From: the human T2T-CHM13v2.0 reference genome, Homo sapiens | Length of the DNA stretch: 64,000 nt | NCBI RefSeq assembly: GCF_009914755.1 | Contig: NC_060935.1 | Strand: one strand, 5' to 3' | Shown: one piece after another, positions 56,642 through 64,000 of the stretch | How positions within the stretch are numbered: position 1 is the stretch's first letter | Layout of the letters: every line of letters begins with the position of its first letter | The notes under the pieces: generated by a model | The model's database searches: none | Seen by the model: only the letters and a program-made list of their open reading frames with translations | What the model was told of the DNA's origin: nothing | Program-made: the position numbers and the translations under genes

Positions 56642-57214
56642 TTTTTTTTCTTTTATTATTATACTTTAAGTTTTAGGGTACATATGCACAACGTGCAGGT
56701 TTGTTACATATGTATACATGTGCCACGCTGGTGCGCTGCACCCACTAACTCGTCATCTAGCATTAGGTATATCTCCCGATGCTATCCCTCCCCCCTCCCC
56801 CCACCCCACAACAGTCCCCAGAGTGTGATGTTCCCCTTCCTGTGTCCATGTGATCTCATTGTTCAATTCCCACCTATGAGTGAGAATATGCGGTGTTTGG
56901 TTTTTTGTTCTTGCGATAGTTTACTGAGAATGATGATTTCCAATTTCATCCATGTCCCTACAAAGGACATGAACTCATCATTTTTTATGGCTGCATAGTA
57001 TTCCATGGTGTATATGTGCCACATTTTCTTAATCCAGTCTATCATTGTTGGACATTTGGGTTGGTTCCAAGTCTTTGCTATTGTGAATAGTGCCGCAATA
57101 AACATACGTGTGCATGTGTCTTTATAGCAGCATGATTTATAGTCCTTTGGGTATATACCCAGTAATGGGATGGCTGGGTCAAATGGTATTTCTAGTTCTA
57201 GATCCCTGAGGAAT
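56642..57214 (-). mobile_element. Young, heavily 5'-truncated L1 (L1PA2-like) 3' end
   Basis: Uninterrupted ORF2 C-terminus (LRDLELEIPFDPAIPLLGIYP...HRIFSLIGGN) and 3' UTR; reads gatgacGAGttagtg at the Ta-diagnostic site (not ACA or ACG). Confidence 0.92.
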
Positions 57215-57632
57215 TTCTTGAGCATTACACTGTATAATTGACCACAAAAGAGGAGGAGAACAGAAACCGTGTGCAGCCAGAAGCCTGGGGGCTGAATTGG
57301 ACTAGTGTTTGCAAGGGGATAGTTTCTGGGCAACAGGGTGAATTGCTCATGGCCTTTGTATAAGGAGTGAAGTTACTTGCCAAGTGATTTTCAGTTGTTA
57401 TGGGGAAAGAAAATTAAGTTTAAGATGAACACATTTTGGGGAGAAATCATAAGGACTAAGATGTTTCAGATTTATCTTACTTACTCCTCTACTTATATAA
57501 TAGCAGCAAACCAAGTAATCAGTTAACTTTCTGCATAACTCAAGTGTGCTGAGCATTAGTAATATATACATATCAAAGTTACAAGGAGAAACATACAAGT
57601 AATCCTTACCAGTACCATAAGATATGATGGAA

Positions 57633-57650
57633 ACACACACATACATGCAT

Positions 57651-57680
<30 letters not shown>
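57633..57680 (+). repeat. (CA)n microsatellite, interrupted
   Basis: acacacacatacatgcatgcacacacac... Confidence 0.9.
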
Positions 57681-57684
<4 letters not shown>

Positions 57685-57723
57685 GATTTCTGGATGAAAA
57701 TCAGAAGTAAATAATTAGATGTT

Positions 57724-58071
<348 letters not shown>

Positions 58072-58469
58072 TTATTTATTCTCTCTCTCCTCATGATAAG
58101 ATTACGTATCCTCAGCTGGCTTTGCCATGTGACTTGCTTTGGTGATTAAAATTGGAACAAGAAGCAGTGGATATCACTGTTACAAGTTTCACCATCGATC
58201 TTTTCCCAGTGCCATGCACTCAGGTAGGATGGCTCCTTTGGCATGTGTCCTGGTCGGAAGGGGCATGAAGCAGAGCCACAATCTACATGTAATATTAATG
58301 AAAAAAAAATCTTTCTTTGGAAAGCAGTTAGATTTGGGAATACATTTTACCGCAGCAAAACCTAGCATAAACTTATTATATGCATATATTGATAGGTCAA
58401 AATATTTTATACTTTTTTCCTTTTTCCCTGGCTCATTCCTTACTTCAAATATTTCTAAGGTTCTTCTTT

Positions 58470-58995
58470 ATTTAATATATAAAGTCAAAACTCTTAATGT
58501 GGAATTTAAGACCCTGTATGAGGTAGACCCTGACTCTCTTTAATCTCATCTCTTGCCTTCTTTTTCACCCAATACAGCCATACTGTTCTATCTACAATTA
58601 ATCCATTCCCCAAGATGTTTAACCTCTGTACATGGCTTATAATTTTTCCCTCTGTTTGGAATATTATTCATTCCCTTTCTCTACTCTCACTTTACCCACA
58701 GGGTCAATTTCAACCCTTTTGCAAGAACAAACCCGCTCTTCTCCCTTTTACTTAAATATTCTCTGACCAACTAATTATTCTCTTCCTACTTCTTGTCATC
58801 AATGTACCATCTCAGACGTCATTGCAATTACTTTTTTTTTTTGACATCTCTGACATTGGACGTTTCTTGAAAGGAAACTACAATGGTTTAGATATATGTA
58901 GATCCCCAGTACCTAGCAGATAGTCTGAAATATAACAGATATCTGACAAATTTTGTGGAACTCATGGGTAAATAAATACTTCAATGAATTAATGT
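58470..58995. mobile_element. LINE-2 3' fragment
   Basis: ccccagtacctagcagatagtctg...aataaatacttcaatgaattaatg L2 terminus-like; diverged. Confidence 0.55.
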
Positions 58996-60167
58996 TTCTC
59001 CTGTTCGTCCTTTCACACTGGCATGTGATTTTTTAAAAATTATTTGGTAAATGATTCTTAGCATGGAAAGTAATTGATAGGAGTACATTGACTTTGCTTT
59101 GAAATAAAAATGCTATTACCTGTGGAAGTTATGTCAATCTTAAAGGCTTCTGCAACATTTAATTTTGTACATTTTTCAGGGTGGTGTCATTCTAACCACA
59201 TTAGTATGTTCTTCACTTCATCTAGAAGGTTAACACCAAAGAGCCACAGCATCACCTGAGAAGTTTCTATTTGATACTTCATTCCATTTTAATGCAAGAA
59301 ATAAATAAATTATCCCATACTTCTCCTCAATTAGACATCAGCCTCATTTTCTTTCTAGTCAAGACATATTTTTTTTGTCTTTCCTTTGGTATTAGAAATA
59401 CTAGAAATACTTGAAGGGGGCTTAGAACCAGAAGACCTGAATTTAACATCCAGCTCAACACTAAACTGGTTTTATGACCTGTGTTGTGTCACTTATCCTT
59501 CTGTAGTTTCATTTTTCTCATCTCTCAAATGAGAGTACAAGAGACAAAGAGTATTGAAATCTCTTTTAGCTGTGATTAAAAACAAATTAGACTAAGTTAA
59601 TTCACTTACAAACTGAGAACCAAAAGAGAGGCCTAATATTCAGATTTGAAATGAACGAAAAAAATCTACCAAGTCAAGACTACTTTTGAGTCTTTCCCAC
59701 TATTCCAAACTGAAATCTACAGAACAGGCTGCAAAATCAGATAGACTTGGTTAGAATTTCAACTCTACCTTTTATTGACTATGTGATCTTGATCACGTTG
59801 CCTGATCCATCTGACTTCAATTACCTACTGTAAAACAATAATAAATGCCCTTATCCTATAGAATCTTTATAAAAATCAAGTGTCTTCATATCTCAGTTTA
59901 TGACAATTTCTTTCTCCTGATTGCTCAAACCAAAGATTTTAGAGTCATTATTGATTCTTTTTTCTTTTTCTCTTACTCCACATCGTATAACTATAAATCT
60001 AGCATATATTTTGAATGCAATCATTTCCCACAATCTTTACTATACCACTTAATTCTTACAACAATCCCACAAATTAATTAAAGTGATGAGGAGGAGGCAT
60101 GGGAGAAGAAGAAAGTTAACACATAGTACTTATTATTTACTGAACAACGTTTTAAGCAATCGGGCTA

Positions 60168-60536
60168 TGTCTTAGTTGTTTCTGGCTGGTTTAACAAATT
60201 ACCATAGACCAGGTGGCTTAAATGACAAATATTTATTTTTCATAGTTCTGGAAACTGGCTGTCTGAAATCAGGATGCCAGTATGGTCAGAATGCTAGAAT
60301 CTTCCATTGAACGGAATAGAATCCTCATTTGGTTGCAGGGTAGAATCCCCATGTGGCAGAAAGAGGTCCAGAGTTGTCTGGGGTACCTTTAATATGGGCA
60401 CAAATCCCATTTAGTAAGCCTCCATCTTCCTAACCTAATTACCTCCCGAAGGCCCCCACCTCTTAGTACCATAATACTAATGATGAGGATTTTAACAGAT
60501 AAATTTTGGGGGACAAAAACAGTTAATGCATTGCAG
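60168..60536 (-). mobile_element. MLT1A/MSTD-like MaLR solo LTR inserted in a MIR
   Basis: tgtcttagtt...aacaaattaccatagaccaggtggcttaaa...cctaattacctcccgaaggcccccacctc...ttttgggggacaaaaac. Confidence 0.8.
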
Positions 60537-62549
60537 ACCATCTCATTTATCCTTGTAACAATATTTTGAAGTAGATACTATTTTTATTCATATTTTACAA
60601 ATGACAAAACTGAAGGTCCAAAAGTTGCTTTGCCCAAGGACATTGAACCAGTAAAGGAAGATCTAGTCACTGAAGCCAGGAAGTTTGGCTCCAGTACTCT
60701 TAACCTGGATGTTGTAGTACCTTCCCAATAAAAACAAGTACTTGGAATCCTGGAGTGAAGAACAGTGAAATTCAAATCAGGGCTGCTCTTTTTAAAAGGA
60801 CAGCCTTTGAAATAAAAAAATATGGGCTTGAGTTCCAGCTTCATTACTTTGTATGTTACCCTGTGTGCTTTCTAAACTGCTCTGAGCTTCAGTTTCCTCA
60901 TCTTCAGGCTTGGAACTTGGGGTTTTCTCTTGGATATTTGTTAGGTGCCACTCCAGTATCCATTTCTCCTTATCCATCCTTAGCAGTGCTTTTAATTTCT
61001 CAACTATGTATACTAGGAAGTAATGGGAAGCAAAAGAGCTTAGAGCTCTTGGAATTCTTAGATCCAGGCATGGGCTTATATCTACAGGAGAGGCCCATCC
61101 ACTGGGAAATGTGGCCTTCAGTAGAGAATCACAACAACTATCAACTCTTAGCCTAGCAGGTAGCAAGATGGGGGAATAATCGCCCAACTTCACTTGTTTC
61201 TTGCCTAACAATTTTCTGCTGAATCCAAGTGGAAACCAGTGGTCAACAGGCAAGAGAGACTATGGCTGCATTCTATGAAAATGAGCCTCCTGGCACAAAT
61301 CAGGATAGAAAAGAATGAAGAATGTGTCTGTAGAGACAAATAGAAAAAAAGATCTATCACATTTTAATTGTCAATGTGAAGTCTAAATGTCTGAAATGGC
61401 AAATCTCCATCACAAAACGGAGCATCAAGAACAAAAATCAAGGGCGTCCCTCAAAGATGAAAGATTGGACCTCAGAACATTATAAATAAATATATTTCTT
61501 TTCAACTTAACTAAGATAAAAAGAAGTAAAAAATGATTTGTGTTATAATGACAAAAAGTTCTGAGTTATCAAATTTTTATTTCTCAGTGTTGGCATTTAT
61601 CTTTAACAATTTTCCCAACTTTTCATTTTGCCAGTTCACCTCAGACAGTCTGTACCATTGTTTGTTGAAACTCTTTTCCATCTTGACTAAATCATGTCTG
61701 GCCTGGCAGTTGCTGTTCACATAAAATTGGGGACCGAGCGAAAAAAAACTGAAGTGATAATAACTCCTTCTTGAAGAAAGTACCTGGAGTTTTCCATAAT
61801 TGGTTTTCTTGCAAAAAAAAAAAAAATAAATCTCTTCAATTTTCCCCCTCACTTCTACTGTACACCGCAGCCTGTATTTTCAATCAAGCAACCATATACG
61901 ACTTGCTTTCATACATACCCTTTCAAGAGTTTTCTGTCCAGTACCATGATCATTCATACTGTAGTTTATCTTATCAATAATTAAAGCATTTCCAGCTGTT
62001 TCCCAGCCAACTCTGAGAATTACTTTTTTTTTTATGGCAAGACAGGGAGAGTTTTGGTCTTGCTCTTGCTCAGATTTCATTGCAAGAGAAAAGGCATTTC
62101 TTTCTCTATATAAATTTCTTGCCACTAGACCAGAAACAATAATAGTTCCAAATTATTCTGGGAGATCTCTTTTCTTTCCAGTCTGTACACCCCACAGATT
62201 GAGACAATCTACACTGGAAAGGAAGGGTCCTTCGGAAGAAATCTCTGCACAATAATTTCTTTCAAGTACCTCTGGTGACAAATTGTCTTACGATCCCAGA
62301 AGCTGAAATTTCAAGATATGTCTGTGACTTCTCTAAAAAGTATATAAAATAGCAATTACTATGTGGGCAACAATTCAGCGCCTCCTAAAGAAATGAAAAA
62401 GATGGAAATAAGGTTGGCATTTGAATGTTAAACTATGTCACCAGTACACACACAAAAATGCATCCAAGAAGAGTTGGGCAGTTCTCTCAGAGAGGCAGAA
62501 CTGGCTATCAGCAGTGTAAGTACAATGGCAACAATAATATTAGCAGCAA

Positions 62550-62760
62550 ATTAGCAAAATTGAAATGAATATTTACTACGTGTCAGATACTATATACGAC
62601 ACTGGCCATGGTTATTTTATTTAATTCTAACAAGACCTTGTGAGGAAAATATTATTATGGTTCTATTTTACTAATTAGAAAACTGAGGCTTAGAGCCATT
62701 AAATAACATTTGTCCAAGGTTTACACGAGTGGTAAATAACAGAGCTACAACTTGAAAATT
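62550..62760 (-). mobile_element. MIR SINE
   Basis: atttactacgtgtcagatact...gaaaactgaggcttagag...ttgtccaaggtttacac...agagct. Confidence 0.75.
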
Positions 62761-63139
62761 TGGGACTATTACAGTCTGTGTATCCAATCAATGTTGAAGT
62801 ACAGACAATGGAAACTTGGGCAGTTGCATGCTTGTTGACCCCCACATAGCAGTCACAAGGTAGCACAGCTCAGAAAAAGTGTCCATTCTCCCTGGAAGGT
62901 ACTACCCTGCTGTGGAAATAGAAATGACAGCCTGCTTTGGGCTGAACTTATTAGAGGTGACTCTCTGTCTTCTAATTCCCAGCTTACCAGTAACCCTGGA
63001 TAATTTGGCTTCTCTTGTGGCTTTCTTACAGAGAAACGATGTGTTGATGCCTGGTGGCATTTTAATTATTTGCTTTGGACTTTTATGAGTTAATAGTGTG
63101 AGTTGATATCCTTACCTGATCTCAGAAATGGGACTAACA

Positions 63140-63730
63140 AGTTTGAACTAAGGGTCTATTAAATGAACATCTATTGTTTTTATCTTCCTGGATCAGCCAC
63201 CAACTTCTACCACCCCTTTAGTGAGGAAATGTTTCTTCCCACTCTAAGCATGTTTTTTCAATGCAAGTTTTTAAAATTTTTGCAGATTCAATCTTTCTGG
63301 CTATAGTTAGCAGCTGATCTATGACGAATCTATCGTAGTACCCCATTTACCCAGACAAATTCTCAGCCCAGGGAAATGTACATGTTGCAAATAGAGCCAA
63401 TCGTAACTTTTCCCTAGGACTGTTTAACTCAGGATTAGAGAAATAGCATGCATTTAATGTTCTTTTCTAAAATGGCGCTATGTGACTTTAGAGCTATGAG
63501 CAGCCACAGTTTCCATCCTGTGAAAGAAGCCAGTCTGTAGGAATAAATGAAACTGCACATAGGAAAGAGCAGACATGAAAGAACGCGATTAAGCTGTCAC
63601 AGATGGCAGCAGTTTCTTCTCCCAGCTGCTTCTCCCCCCTCCCCCCAGGTAAGTAAGCTTTCTCATCACTCTTCTTTTAGGCCAAAGCTAGTTCACAGTT
63701 GGTTTTAACCAAAACAGTACTGAATAACAT
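63140..63730 (+). mobile_element. Ancient ERVL LTR (LTR16-like)
   Basis: gagccaatc...ccctaggact...gcagccac...gaagccagtctg...aagctagttc...aaccaaaacagtactgaataaca resembles LTR16-family layout; diverged. Confidence 0.5.
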
Positions 63731-64000
63731 ATCTTTTAATCTAAAGACCAAAAAATGAAATGATAAAGCCAGAACTACCACAGACAGTTGTATACTTTGT
63801 GCACTGCACAAGAGCCAAAGTGAGCAGAAGATGATAAAAATCCAGCCATGCAACTTGGTGAGAGTTAGCACCCACCTGCAAGTGGTGATGTTTTCAAATT
63901 TTCACAAATCACTTTAATCACAGGGCTAATGTTGGCCCTAAATGAAGTCAACAAAGAAAATAGCAACTTGTAAGCCTTCTTGGGGACTGAGTACACTGAG

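Noticed and set aside
56863-57333. 156-aa ORF joining flanking sequence to the L1 ORF2 C-terminus
   Set aside because: Non-ATG start and chance read-through into a truncated young L1; no promoter or splice support.
60755-61253. Overlapping 133-aa and 153-aa ORFs
   Set aside because: No recognisable protein similarity, non-ATG starts, and overlap with MIR-like and other decayed repeat sequence.

Overview
AT-rich human (primate) nuclear DNA, intergenic or deep-intronic, and dominated by interspersed repeats. An Alu with the human-specific AluYb8 diagnostics supports human origin. I find no intact protein-coding gene; the longer ORFs map to transposable elements or low-complexity sequence, and the rest are short and unrecognised. 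Main contents: four large or young L1 copies (near-full-length L1PB, full-length L1MA with TSD, a 5'-inverted L1PA15/16-like copy, a short L1PA2-like 3' end); many ERV/MaLR LTRs (LTR12C-like, MER11, two MER57, MER76, a complete THE1 provirus, THE1/MST/MLT solo LTRs); DNA transposons (MER1B, MADE1, MER63); Alus; and an RPL7A processed pseudogene. The most notable items are a HERV-H RNA copied in trans by L1 (poly-A at the R boundary, 16-bp TSD), an AluYb8 with a short AluYa5-type tract, a tailless 3'-truncated 7SL copy primed by microhomology, an unidentified ~310-bp possibly retroposed element split by the LTR12, and a ~515-bp purine-strand repeat with higher-order structure. Subfamily names come from recalled consensus sequences and need Dfam/RepeatMasker confirmation. 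I do not see evidence for a new multi-gene system.
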